DNA of 30,360 nt from an uncultured bacterium. GTDB lineage: Bacteria; Hydrogenedentota; Hydrogenedentia; Hydrogenedentales; JAEUWI01. The stretch lies in the NCBI GenBank assembly GCA_963977445.1, contig CAXBPH010000060.1, forward strand, positions 1 through 30,360. Reading direction: 5' to 3'. The first letter of the stretch is position 1. Each line of letters begins with the position of its first letter. This document shows positions 1 to 12,021 of this stretch, piece by piece. The position numbers and the translations under genes were made by a program. The notes below the pieces were generated by a model. It did not search any database and was not told the origin of the DNA. It was given only the letters and a program-made list of their open reading frames with translations.

Positions 1-1
1 C

Positions 2-1486
2 GAGCAACATGCCGAGCTTTTCTTCCGCATGCTTGGCATGGCCGTGGGCGAAGCCTTCTTTGATGCCGAGGAGCAGGCTCAAGGGGATATGGATGATGCC
101 GAAGGCCACACCCATATATAAAAGCATGTCGGTTTCATGGGCTCGGTGGAATATTGCGTGACCACCGATCTGTTTTTCGACGAAATTGCCGAAAATCTCC
201 CAATATACCAGGCCAAAAAGGATGGAAGAGGCACCCATCCACTGGAAAATAGACATACCGTCGCGGAGGGCTTCAATATGGCCCCATTTCTTCTTTACCA
301 TCCAGCCAATCAGCATGATGAGCACGCCATAGCCAGCATCACCAAGAATGAAGCCATAGAAAATGATAAAGGAAGTGGCCACAAGCGCCGTCGGGTCGAA
401 GCTGCCGTAGGTGGCCGGCTTCATGAGCTTCATGATGAGCTCGAAGGGCTTGAATATCGCATTGTTCTGCAGCAGGGTGGGAATGCGCTTGTGATCAAGA
501 TCGTGATGGGAGATCTTGGAAAGCACCGCCTTGTCGCCACATTGGGTCGCAAGTTTCGTCTGGAGCGCCTCATAGGATTCGGCGGGTATCCAGCCTTGGA
601 CCACGCCGACCATGTGACTCTGGGCGAAGGAATCGACCACGTGAAGCTGAGCAATGCGGTTGCTGATAAGTTGTCCCAGCGCCGTTATGCTTGCACCATC
701 GCGCTCGGCAAAGGCCAATAACTGAGAAAGTACCTCGTCAAGATCGGCCTGTAGCGCGGCAACCCGGCTACCGATTTTACGAATAACTTCGTCAACGGAC
801 GTGCCGCGTGCATCCCGGTCCGGGCTGGTTAAAATGCTTATTCCCTTACGCTTCAGGAACTCCGTAAGGATTTCGGCTTTATCCGCAGGGTGGGTGATTA
901 CGACGACGCGACGGTTGCGACCTAGTTTCTGGGTCAGAAACCCGCATGCCGATCCCACGTTGGCAATGATCTCTCGTTGAAGAACATCCAGCGCGGCGGT
1001 GTCATAGTTCTCAAGGATTACGGCCCGTGCCGTCTCGCCGAGAATCGCGCCCTGCCCGATAAGCAGTGGCGTAATCGACTCGATGATACGGCCATAATTG
1101 CTTATGACGGCCATATTGTCTTGGATATTCAGCTTGCGACGGTGAAGCGTGCGCAATTGACGCTGCCACGAGCGGCACTGCTTGAGTCGTGCTGCGAAAG
1201 TTTCTTCCGGAAGCGCCTTGCCTGCGGAGACCACGGCCTCGTGACTCGGTGTTGCCGTAAGCAGGGGAAGGGATTCGCGAATCAGTGCGTCAAGCTGTTC
1301 CAGCTCTGCAAGTTCGGCTTTTTCCGCTTCGGGAAGGTGTACCCGGTGTAGAAAACCCGGGTGGTTTTCTACGGCGAGGGATACTTCTTCCACATGCATG
1401 GCACCATGCTCTTGAAGCAAGGGCACCATTCCCTGAAGTTCAGAGCGAAGACATAAAATTTCTACCCGGTCCATTGGGGCGATCAT
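2..1486 (-). CDS. atpI: V/A-type ATP synthase subunit I (a-like membrane subunit), partial; 3' end lies beyond the left edge
   Basis: Manual minus-strand translation from ATG at 1486 is open to the window edge: MIAPMDRVEILCLRSELQGMVPLLQEHGAMHVEE...QGWIPA...RIPTLLQNNAIFKPFELIMKLMKPATYGSFDPTALVATSFIIFYGFILGDAGYG, matching the subunit I signatures (GW-P, PTLL-N, Y---DPT, GDxGYG). Absent from the ORF track because it has no stop in the window. Confidence 0.93.
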   Translation of the reverse strand, partial: MIAPMDRVEILCLRSELQGMVPLLQEHGAMHVEEVSLAVENHPGFLHRVHLPEAEKAELAELEQLDALIRESLPLLTATPSHEAVVSAGKALPEETFAARLKQCRSWQRQLRTLHRRKLNIQDNMAVISNYGRIIESITPLLIGQGAILGETARAVILENYDTAALDVLQREIIANVGSACGFLTQKLGRNRRVVVITHPADKAEILTEFLKRKGISILTSPDRDARGTSVDEVIRKIGSRVAALQADLDEVLSQLLAFAERDGASITALGQLISNRIAQLHVVDSFAQSHMVGVVQGWIPAESYEALQTKLATQCGDKAVLSKISHHDLDHKRIPTLLQNNAIFKPFELIMKLMKPATYGSFDPTALVATSFIIFYGFILGDAGYGVLIMLIGWMVKKKWGHIEALRDGMSIFQWMGASSILFGLVYWEIFGNFVEKQIGGHAIFHRAHETDMLLYMGVAFGIIHIPLSLLLGIKEGFAHGHAKHAEEKLGMLL

Positions 1487-1505
1487 AGATGAGCCTTTTC
1501 TTTAG

Positions 1506-1826
1506 TCAATGGTTTGGTAAGATACGGGAGACAAGTTCATCACGGACAGCATCGATTCTGCCGGTAGCATCCGTCCGGATATGCGCTACTTTTGCCATCG
1601 TGTCCTGCTGAATCTTCACCCGTTCGTTTTCACGGGCCTTTGCCGCTTCACGACGACTTACTGCAATTTCAGAGTCCAACGTGGCGTTGGTTTCCTGGAG
1701 CAGTGCAGCACCCGCTGCGTGGGCAGCCTCCACAACCTGGCGCGCCTCTTCCCGGGCACGATCCAAATCTTCCATCAACGCAATTTCATGCGTCGCAACG
1801 GTCTCGAGTAATGATTCTGAAGCCAT
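1506..1826 (-). CDS. V/A-type ATP synthase peripheral-stalk subunit G/H
   Basis: 106-aa Ala/Glu/Arg-rich helical protein (RAREEARQVVEAA...SRILP) directly upstream of subunit I, the usual first gene of such operons; GGAG RBS upstream of the ATG. Confidence 0.8.
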   Translation of the reverse strand: MASESLLETVATHEIALMEDLDRAREEARQVVEAAHAAGAALLQETNATLDSEIAVSRREAAKARENERVKIQQDTMAKVAHIRTDATGRIDAVRDELVSRILPNH

Positions 1827-1962
1827 AAGCGATTAGGAGCTCCGCGTAAGAGGCGCAATACCGCAAGCAGACTCTAAGCCCGCCAAATGCGAAAAAAGCA
1901 CACAGCGACCCAAAGTCTTCCCGATTGCACCTGGAAATTTGGTTTAACACAAAACAGCTGTA

Positions 1963-1992
1963 ATGATGCCAAAAAACGAATAGACCAGTCAA
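1963..1992 (-). promoter_or_regulatory. Candidate sigma70 promoter of the V/A-ATPase operon
   Basis: Minus strand reads TTGACT-N18-CATCAT with TGn before the -10, about 135 bp upstream of the subunit G/H start. Confidence 0.35.
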
Positions 1993-2239
1993 GCTGCATC
2001 CCATCTTTTTTCCTTGTAAACGCCCTCTTTTGGACCTAAAGCCAGAAATGTCCCGCAAAACCGTCGTTCGAGAGCCTTTCCCTGTCGAAACTTGTCTCCT
2101 GCAATGGAATAAGGTGCTACAGGCAGGCTAGAAGACTGGTGTTCTAGGGAGCTCCAGTCCCGCGTCTTGGGTTGTGGGAGTCAATGGGGGCACTTGTGGT
2201 CTGCGCTACATACGTCAGCGCCATTTTGGCGCTAGTCTG

Positions 2240-2253
2240 TGGAAATATTTCCA
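2240..2253. promoter_or_regulatory. Perfect 14-bp palindrome, candidate transcription-factor operator
   Basis: TGGAAATATTTCCA is its own reverse complement and lies between the two divergent energy operons. Confidence 0.35.
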
Positions 2254-2377
2254 ACCTGGCCGGCACGGCGTGGGGCGTCGCACCAGGGGGTTCTTACCTT
2301 ATATATAGGCCGTGACTCTGTTTAGGGTGCTGAACTTATTTTTCGCCCCATAAACGTCAAAAAGTTCTGGAACCGGC

Positions 2378-2407
2378 TTGATCCCGAGAGGGGGCAGGGT
2401 GTATAAA
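2378..2407 (+). promoter_or_regulatory. Candidate sigma70 promoter of the act-cox operon
   Basis: TTGATC (2378-2383)-N18-TATAAA (2402-2407); would give a ~390-nt 5' leader before actA. Confidence 0.4.
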
Positions 2408-2790
2408 TACGCCAATTCCGCAGCACCGGTGGTGTAACGAGGTGGGGTAGTACGCATGCGGAACGGTGGGAATATTTTTGCTTGTACGGCCGAACGTGCT
2501 TCGGCCTGTCGAGGTGATATCGACCGAGAGGTCGAAGCGTAACAATGAGTCAGCGTTTGTCTCGAAGTGGTTATTCCGAGAGGGCAAGGCTGCCTACGGC
2601 GTAGCAGATTACTTCAGTGCAGCAACTCCAGGCGAGCTTGGGGGTGTGTAGAAATCGGGTCGGACGACCCGCATACCGTCATTGCCAGTTGGAATCAGAA
2701 CCAACCACTAACTCCTGCGTTTTTTAAAGCGCTGCGGAGCAACACCACGCACGTGAGTTTGCGAAGCATCCCCAAGGTCAGTGGTAGAAA
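2382..2790 (+). ncRNA. Candidate structured leader RNA / ncRNA (no known family recognised)
   Basis: Consecutive stems: TTCCGCA 2416-22/TGCGGAA 2457-63; GGCCGAA-CGTGC-TTCGGCC 2488-2506; TCGACC-GAGA-GGTCGA 2520-35; TCC-GAGA-GGG 2575-84; GGTGTG...CGGGTC-GGAC-GACCCG-CATACC 2643-77; also TCCC-GAGA-GGGG 2382-93. Confidence 0.35.
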
Positions 2791-2802
2791 AGGAATCAAT
2801 TC

Positions 2803-3468
2803 GTGGCCCAAGTGTTTCATCGCAGTGCCAACGTCCTTGCACGCGCCAGCATTGTTGGTGGCGGCCTGGTGGCAATAGCGATCGTCACCATAGCGTCTGT
2901 CATCTACAGATCGCCGGTGTTGACCCAGGTAAATATAGCCAAGGCACAACCCGTACCCTTCAGTCATCAACGCCATGTGGGTGGAAACGGAATTGATTGC
3001 CGCTATTGCCACACGTCGGTTGAGAAGAGCGGCGTTGCCAATGTCCCCCCAACAGAGACGTGCATGACCTGCCACTCCCAGATACTTACTGACTCGGAGA
3101 TGCTCCAGCCGGTGCATGAGAGTTGGAAGACGGGCAAGCCCCTCGAGTGGACCCGGGTCTACGACCTGCCTGATTTCGTTTACTTCGACCACAGTATTCA
3201 CGTGGCTAAAGGGGTGGGTTGCACGACCTGTCACGGGGAAATACAGAAAATGCCCCTGACCTGGAAGGCCAAGACCCTGCACATGGCATGGTGTCTCGAA
3301 TGTCACCGGGCACCGCAGAAGTTCCTGCGCCCGAAAGACAAGGTCTTTGATGTGGATTGGAAACCTGCCGCCGACAAGTCGGAACGTCTCGAAGCGGGCC
3401 TGAAGCTGGTTGAAGAATATAACGTGAATGTGGAGCAGCTCACCAATTGTTCCATCTGTCACCGTTAG
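2803..3468 (+). CDS. actA: Alternative complex III subunit A, membrane-anchored pentaheme cytochrome c
   Basis: GTG start after AAGGA; N-terminal TM helix; five CxxCH (CRYCH, CMTCH, CTTCH, CLECH, CSICH); QPVPFSHQRH and LPDFVYFDHSIH motifs; first gene of the act cluster. Confidence 0.95.
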   Translation: MAQVFHRSANVLARASIVGGGLVAIAIVTIASVIYRSPVLTQVNIAKAQPVPFSHQRHVGGNGIDCRYCHTSVEKSGVANVPPTETCMTCHSQILTDSEMLQPVHESWKTGKPLEWTRVYDLPDFVYFDHSIHVAKGVGCTTCHGEIQKMPLTWKAKTLHMAWCLECHRAPQKFLRPKDKVFDVDWKPAADKSERLEAGLKLVEEYNVNVEQLTNCSICHR

Positions 3469-3482
3469 TAATGGGAAACATT

Positions 3483-6620
<3,138 letters not shown>

Positions 6621-6628
6621 TCTGAATT

Positions 6629-8014
6629 ATGAGCGCTGAAACTAAAAATATCCCGCCCGCCCTTCAGGTGGTTGCCCCCTTGGCCCAACCCGGCCATAAT
6701 TATGAGTCGATCTCTCGTGCTATATCCGATGTGATTCTCGAGAAGCCCATGCCCAAACCGTGGTATGCCACCATTGCAATCGGTCTGTCCCTCCTTGGGA
6801 TACTCGGTGCAAGTTCGGCCTATCTCTTTTGGGAAGGTCTTGGCCTCTGGGGTATCAACAATCCCGTCGGCTGGGGTTTTGCTATCGTAAACCTGGTATG
6901 GTGGATCGGTATCGGTCACGCCGGTACCCTTATTTCCGCTATCCTGCTACTTTTTAATCAGGATTGGCGTACGGCCATCAACCGATTTGCGGAAGCCATG
7001 ACCCTTTTCGCGGTTATGTGCGCAGGTATTTTCCCCCTGCTCCACGTCGGTCGGCCCTGGGCGATCTTCTTTATTTTCCCGTTGCCCAATACCATGTCTT
7101 TGTGGCCCCAGTTCCGCAGTCCGCTGCTTTGGGACGTGTTCGCCATCTCGACGTATTTCACCGTATCCCTGCTCTTCTGGTATACCGGATTGATTCCTGA
7201 TTTGGCCACCTTGCGCGATCGCAGCAAAAAGGGTATCGGTCGGATGATTTACGGTATCTTCGCCCTGGGTTGGCGTGGCTCTGCCCGTCACTGGTATCGC
7301 TATGAAATGGCCTACCTGCTCCTCGGCGGTATGTCGGCGCCCCTCGTGGTTTCGGTGCACACCATCGTGTCCTTCGACTTCGCCGTATCCGTCATTCCCG
7401 GTTGGCACACTACCATTTTCCCGCCCTACTTCGTAGCGGGTGCGATTTACTCGGGTTTCGCCATGGTGCTTACCATCATGATTCCCGTGCGTATCTGGTT
7501 CGGAATGACCGACTTTATTACCACCCGTCACATGGATAACATGGCCAAGGTCATGTTGGCCACCGGGTTGGTCGTTTTCTACGGCTATTGCTGCGAGGCG
7601 TTCTACGCCTGGTACAGCGGTAGTGACTACGAGCGTTTCATGATGCTTAACCGCGCGACTGGGCCCTATGCCTGGGCCTACGTTTGCCTGTTGCTTTGCA
7701 ATGCCGTATCGCCCCAGTTTCTCTGGTTTAAGTGGGTGCGGACCAATCCGCTTCCCCTGTTCCTGCTGACCATTGTCGTGAATATCGGCATGTGGCTCGA
7801 GCGCTACGTTATCGTTGTGACCTCCCTCACACGTGACTATCTTCCCTCCGCGTGGGGTGAGTATGCCGGTACGATTTTTGACTGGGCGGCCTATGTCGGT
7901 TCCATCGGACTCTTCCTGTTTATGTTGAGTCTCTTTGTGAAGTTCCTGCCCATGATTACGATATTTGAGCTGCGCGTTCAGCAGCACCAGATTGATAACG
8001 GTGAGATTCGCTAA
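6629..8014 (+). CDS. actC: Alternative complex III subunit C, NrfD-family quinol-binding membrane subunit
   Basis: Multi-TM; WWIGIGHAGTLISAIL, WRTAINRFAEAMT, HVGRPW, FRSPLLWDVFAISTY, VHTIVSFDFA, WHTTIFPPYFVAGAIYSG, GMWLERY. Confidence 0.95.
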   Translation: MSAETKNIPPALQVVAPLAQPGHNYESISRAISDVILEKPMPKPWYATIAIGLSLLGILGASSAYLFWEGLGLWGINNPVGWGFAIVNLVWWIGIGHAGTLISAILLLFNQDWRTAINRFAEAMTLFAVMCAGIFPLLHVGRPWAIFFIFPLPNTMSLWPQFRSPLLWDVFAISTYFTVSLLFWYTGLIPDLATLRDRSKKGIGRMIYGIFALGWRGSARHWYRYEMAYLLLGGMSAPLVVSVHTIVSFDFAVSVIPGWHTTIFPPYFVAGAIYSGFAMVLTIMIPVRIWFGMTDFITTRHMDNMAKVMLATGLVVFYGYCCEAFYAWYSGSDYERFMMLNRATGPYAWAYVCLLLCNAVSPQFLWFKWVRTNPLPLFLLTIVVNIGMWLERYVIVVTSLTRDYLPSAWGEYAGTIFDWAAYVGSIGLFLFMLSLFVKFLPMITIFELRVQQHQIDNGEIR

Positions 8015-8062
8015 GGCCTCTGGGCTTGCAGTGAAACCTTAACCTGAGGAATACGCAAGAAA

Positions 8063-8620
8063 ATGTCAGCACACGGACATGAAGACGAGACGCCGAAAGT
8101 GCACGGGTTAATCGCAGAGTTCGATGACCCCGAGTCACTGGTCAAAGCGACGACGAAGGCCCATGAAGCGGGTTACCGCACAATGGATGCCTATTCCCCT
8201 TTTCCGATTCACGGACTGGCCGAGGCGATGGGCGTGCGGGGGACCTATGTCTCCCAAGTGACCCTCATCGGCGGCCTGACGGGTACGGCGACGGGATTTG
8301 GTATGCAGTGGTTCGCCTCGACCGTACACTATCCCTATAGCATCGGTGGCAAGCCGCTGAATAGCTGGCCGTCGTTTATGCCCATTACGTTTGAGTTGAC
8401 GATTCTTTTTGCGGCCTTCGCGGCCTTGGGAAGCATGCTGTTGTTTAATGGCCTGCCCCGTCCTCACCACCCGATATTCAACGCCAAGCGTTTTGAGCGG
8501 GCTTCGAGCGATGGTTTTTTCCTTTGCATTGAAGAAACAGATGCCCAATATGATACGGATCAAACCAAGGCATTCCTGGAAGGCCTCGGCCCTGTGGAAG
8601 TCTCTGAAGTCCTGGAATAG
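8063..8620 (+). CDS. actD: Alternative complex III subunit D (DUF3341)
   Basis: AEFDDP, DAYSPFPIHGL, IGGKPLNSWPSFMPITFELTILFA; two TM helices; GAGGA RBS. Confidence 0.93.
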   Translation: MSAHGHEDETPKVHGLIAEFDDPESLVKATTKAHEAGYRTMDAYSPFPIHGLAEAMGVRGTYVSQVTLIGGLTGTATGFGMQWFASTVHYPYSIGGKPLNSWPSFMPITFELTILFAAFAALGSMLLFNGLPRPHHPIFNAKRFERASSDGFFLCIEETDAQYDTDQTKAFLEGLGPVEVSEVLE

Positions 8621-8677
8621 CACAACCGGAACCGTGACCGCCGGTTTACATTACGGCGGACAAACAAGTTGGAACTG

Positions 8678-9403
8678 ATGATTAAATCCGATAGAACAAC
8701 AGCGGCCCGATTTATGGGCAACAACAAGGCACTGCTTGCGCTGGCAACGGTTTACAGTTTCGTGTTGCTTGGTTGCCACCCCGACATGTGGAATCAGCCA
8801 CGCTATACGGCCCTGCAGCAGAATACCTTCTTTGCGGACAATGCCGCCGACAGGACGCCTGTCGAGAACACGGTTCAATATGAAGGTAGTCTTCGCCCCT
8901 GGGTAGACCCGGTTTACGCGACCCTTACGGGTGCTTCGTCGATTCCCGGTGTGGCGGATGAGATCTTTGGCAGCGGTAAAGAAGGCGAAGGTTTTAAAGC
9001 TGATAACTACTTCGACGTGACCCTGCCTTTGTTGCAGCGCGGTCAGCAACGTTATGTGGCGATTTGCTCCCATTGCCATGGGGAGGGCGGCCACGGCGAC
9101 GGCTTGATTACCACGCGTGGATTTCCAAATCCTTCCAGCTTTCACGTAGATCGTCTGCGGGAAGTGGAAGATGGTTATATTGTCGACGTAATTACAAATG
9201 GCTTCGGTCGGATGTATAGCTACGCGGCACGGGTATCCCCCGAAGATCGCTGGGCAATAGCGGCCTATATTCGCGCCCTGCAATACAGTCAGAATGTGCC
9301 AACCGGCGACTTGTCGGAAACCGACGTTCAAGAAATGGAAAAAGCACTGCATCCGGAAACAGACGCAGAAGACAATCACGTGGCGGATCACAATGCTCAC
9401 TGA
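8678..9403 (+). CDS. actE: Alternative complex III subunit E, monoheme cytochrome c lipoprotein
   Basis: Lipobox LLGC followed by DMWNQPRY; single CSHCH; GFGRMYSYA and DRWAIAAYIRALQ. Start 8678 or 8714. Confidence 0.92.
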   Translation: MIKSDRTTAARFMGNNKALLALATVYSFVLLGCHPDMWNQPRYTALQQNTFFADNAADRTPVENTVQYEGSLRPWVDPVYATLTGASSIPGVADEIFGSGKEGEGFKADNYFDVTLPLLQRGQQRYVAICSHCHGEGGHGDGLITTRGFPNPSSFHVDRLREVEDGYIVDVITNGFGRMYSYAARVSPEDRWAIAAYIRALQYSQNVPTGDLSETDVQEMEKALHPETDAEDNHVADHNAH

Positions 9404-10616
9404 GAACCAACTTAAGAAAGTCAGCTCCCTTCAGACCAAGTGCCTGATTGCGGCAGTTATTGGCCTAGCTTTTAACATAGGCCTCGGTGCCGCGGACGGC
9501 ACCATGTTCCAGGGGCTGCTCATCGGCTACCTGCTCATCTTCGGTCTGGGTATCAGTTCGTTGGGCCTGCTCATGCTTCACCATCTTTGTGGTGGCAGCT
9601 GGAGTTTCGTGGCGCAGCGTATCGCAGAAGCGGGATCGCGCACGTTGCCCTTCCTTTTCGTGGTAGGTGCGCTCGTGATGGGTGGCGGGATGATGCTCTC
9701 CACCATCTTTCCCTGGGCCAATCCAGAATTTCTGGCGCAGGAAGGCAATGAACTCCTTCTCTATATGTCACATCAGAAGGAAGCGTTTCTGAATGTGAAG
9801 ACCTTCTGGGTGTGCTATGTGGCTTACTTCGCTATCTGGATGTTCTTTGTGGTCTCTTTCAATAGCTGGTCCAAGAAACTCGATGCCACCGGCGACAATA
9901 AGTATATTGCGAAGATGAAGCGGACCGCAGGTTTTGGTTGTGTTCTCTTTGTGCTTACCATGACCTTTGCGGCAACGCACTGGGGCATGTCCACCGACCC
10001 GACCTTCTTTTCCACCATCTACGGTGCGTGGATGATTGCCAGTGGCGCGCTCTCCATGATGTGCTTCTGCGTTATCATGTTGAGCTGGTTGTCCGACGAA
10101 GGCCCCTTGAGCCATAAGATGAGTTCCCAGATTTACCACCACTTCGGTAACTTTATGCTGGGCTTCACCATCTTCTGGTCCTACTTGTCCTTCTCACCCT
10201 TCCTGATTATCTGGAATGGTAACCTTCCGGAAGAAATCGGTTGGTACCTCCATCGCTCTGGTGGTGGTCTTACCTTCATGACCATCGTAATCATCGCATT
10301 CGTCTGGTTTGGTCCCATGTTCTCCCTGATGATGCGGAAGTTCAAGACCAATCCCAATACCCTGCGCAAGATAGCCTTCTATGTCCTGGCGTCCCGAATT
10401 ATTGACATCTACTGGAACATTGCGCCGTCCTTCGAAGGCAACCACAGCTATTTGAATCCTTGGACGATTATTTCGACCCTCAGCGCAATCGCCGCTATCG
10501 GTGGCCTCTGGCTCTGGGTTTTCCTCTACGAATTGAAGAAGCGTCCTATACTTGCGCTGCAAGATCCCCGTGAGGAACTCATGTTTCTAAAAGAGAAGGC
10601 GCACAACCATGCATAG
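9393..10616 (+). CDS. actF: Alternative complex III subunit F, membrane subunit (ActC paralogue)
   Basis: About 10 TM helices; HHLCGGSW, WGMSTDPTFFSTIYG, FWSYLSFSPFLIIWNGNLPEEIGWY. Likely ATG at 9393 (MLTENQ) overlapping the actE stop. Confidence 0.92.
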   Translation: MLTENQLKKVSSLQTKCLIAAVIGLAFNIGLGAADGTMFQGLLIGYLLIFGLGISSLGLLMLHHLCGGSWSFVAQRIAEAGSRTLPFLFVVGALVMGGGMMLSTIFPWANPEFLAQEGNELLLYMSHQKEAFLNVKTFWVCYVAYFAIWMFFVVSFNSWSKKLDATGDNKYIAKMKRTAGFGCVLFVLTMTFAATHWGMSTDPTFFSTIYGAWMIASGALSMMCFCVIMLSWLSDEGPLSHKMSSQIYHHFGNFMLGFTIFWSYLSFSPFLIIWNGNLPEEIGWYLHRSGGGLTFMTIVIIAFVWFGPMFSLMMRKFKTNPNTLRKIAFYVLASRIIDIYWNIAPSFEGNHSYLNPWTIISTLSAIAAIGGLWLWVFLYELKKRPILALQDPREELMFLKEKAHNHA

Positions 10617-11034
10617 TCCCGAAGATAGCATTAAAGAGGGTTACGAAGTAACCGACATGAATACCCGGGTGATTGTCTACTTCCTGTGTGGCTTGTTTGC
10701 ACTTTTGTTTGGCGCAGTCGCTGCCATTCTACCGGTGATGCGTGGCTTTGAGCAGTCTGTGCCCGCCATGAACACCGAGCCCCTATCGGCCCTGGCGACG
10801 GCGGAGATGCAAGTGCCGTCGGAGCCGCACTTACAAGGTGATCCGGTGGCAGATCGCATCGCGATTAAGGGTGCGGACTCCAAACAAGTAAACGGCTATG
10901 GTTCGGTCAGTGATGTACCGGGCATGGAGCGGGTTCACATTCCCGTGGAATTGGCGATGGAGCGCATGGCTGCCGGTAAAGCAACCTACCGCCAGGCCCC
11001 AACGACAGCGCTGCTGCCAGCCGCAGAGCAATGA
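10609..11034 (+). CDS. actG: Alternative complex III subunit G, single-TM subunit
   Basis: GYEVTD-TM helix-PSEPHLQGDP...VHIPVELAMERM pattern; position between actF and SCO; overlaps the actF stop. Confidence 0.8.
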   Translation: MHSPEDSIKEGYEVTDMNTRVIVYFLCGLFALLFGAVAAILPVMRGFEQSVPAMNTEPLSALATAEMQVPSEPHLQGDPVADRIAIKGADSKQVNGYGSVSDVPGMERVHIPVELAMERMAAGKATYRQAPTTALLPAAEQ

Positions 11035-11954
11035 GCGCGCCAGGCCGACAGGGACGAAAAACCCGATTGGGTCTGGTCCTACTGGTTCTGGCCGCCGTCA
11101 TTGGCGTGGGTTCGGCGTCTGCACAGCAGGAAGAAAAGAAAGAAGCAGAAAACTTCGAGTTGGATCCCATCTCATTTAGAGGGCCGAATCCAGCCGAGCG
11201 ATTTAAAGAAATTAAAATACAGCAGAATCTGGGTGCGCAAGTACCTTTGGATCTGGTGTTTCGCAATGAACAAGACGAAGAGGTGCGCCTCGGTGATTTG
11301 ATTACCGATAAGCCGGTGGTTTTATCCCTCGTCTATTATGGTTGCCCCATGCTTTGCACCTTGGTGCTGACGGGGGAGGTTACCGGATTCGATGGCCAGC
11401 CCGACGATTTTAAGCTGGGCGAAGCGTTTACGGCCATTAGCGTAAGCATCAATCCGGAAGAGACCGGTGCCTTGGCGCTGGAAAAGAAGACCAATTATCT
11501 CGAACAACTCCACATCGAGAATGCCGCCGAAAACTGGCATTTTCTGACGGGAGATGAAGAAGCCATCGAGACGTTGGCTTCCACGGTGGGATTTCGGTAC
11601 TACTATGACGAGCTGTCGGGACAATACGCGCACGACAGTGGAATCATGATATTGACGCCCGAGGCCAAGGTCTCGAGTTATTACCTGGGCATTGATTATT
11701 TGCCCGGAAATTTGCGGACGGCGTTGGAGATTGCTGGTGCAGGAACAATAGGTAAGTTCCTGAAACAGCCTACGTTGTTGTGTTTTGCCTATGATCCCAC
11801 CAGCGGGACCTATGGCTTCTTAATTATGAATGCAGTAAAGGTCGGCGGAATCATAACGGTGCTGATGGTGGTGGGGTTTTGGGTTGTGAGTTACCGTGGA
11901 GGCCGAAAACGAGCTGGTACAGAAATAGAAACGCAGGCGCAGTCAACGTCCTGA
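11031..11954 (+). CDS. SCO1/SenC-family copper chaperone
   Basis: Signal peptide, CxxxC (YYGCPMLC), WHFLTG, conserved His (YAHDSG), C-terminal CFAYDP + TM helix; ATGA overlap with actG; directly before oxidase subunit II. Confidence 0.92.
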   Translation: MSAPGRQGRKTRLGLVLLVLAAVIGVGSASAQQEEKKEAENFELDPISFRGPNPAERFKEIKIQQNLGAQVPLDLVFRNEQDEEVRLGDLITDKPVVLSLVYYGCPMLCTLVLTGEVTGFDGQPDDFKLGEAFTAISVSINPEETGALALEKKTNYLEQLHIENAAENWHFLTGDEEAIETLASTVGFRYYYDELSGQYAHDSGIMILTPEAKVSSYYLGIDYLPGNLRTALEIAGAGTIGKFLKQPTLLCFAYDPTSGTYGFLIMNAVKVGGIITVLMVVGFWVVSYRGGRKRAGTEIETQAQSTS

Positions 11955-12021
11955 ATTGGCGTACTGCGATCGTTTAAATTGTCAGAAACCCAGAAACCGT
12001 TAGGGTGATAACAGGTTAGCC

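Noticed and set aside
1348..1372. Perfect 10-bp inverted repeat GTAGAAAACC/GGTTTTCTAC
   Set aside because: Inside the subunit I coding sequence, no U-tract, single occurrence; cannot be distinguished from chance.
137..1488. Plus-strand ORFs 137-721, 977-1351 and 1285-1488
   Set aside because: Antisense shadows of the V/A-ATPase subunit I gene, which the track omitted.
2238..2255. Rex or FNR box assignment
   Set aside because: Only the GAA-N4-TTC core matches Rex, and TTGAT at 2378 lacks the ATCAA half-site; left as an unassigned palindrome.
1786..2878. Short ORFs in the divergent region (1786-2058, 2357-2587, 2466-2651, 2567-2878)
   Set aside because: No convincing RBS or protein-like composition; they overlap each other or real genes. 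A leader peptide cannot be fully excluded.
6629..8014. Polysulfide or nitrite reductase (psrC/nrfD) pathway
   Set aside because: NrfD family, but flanked by actAB and actDEFG, so it is ActC.
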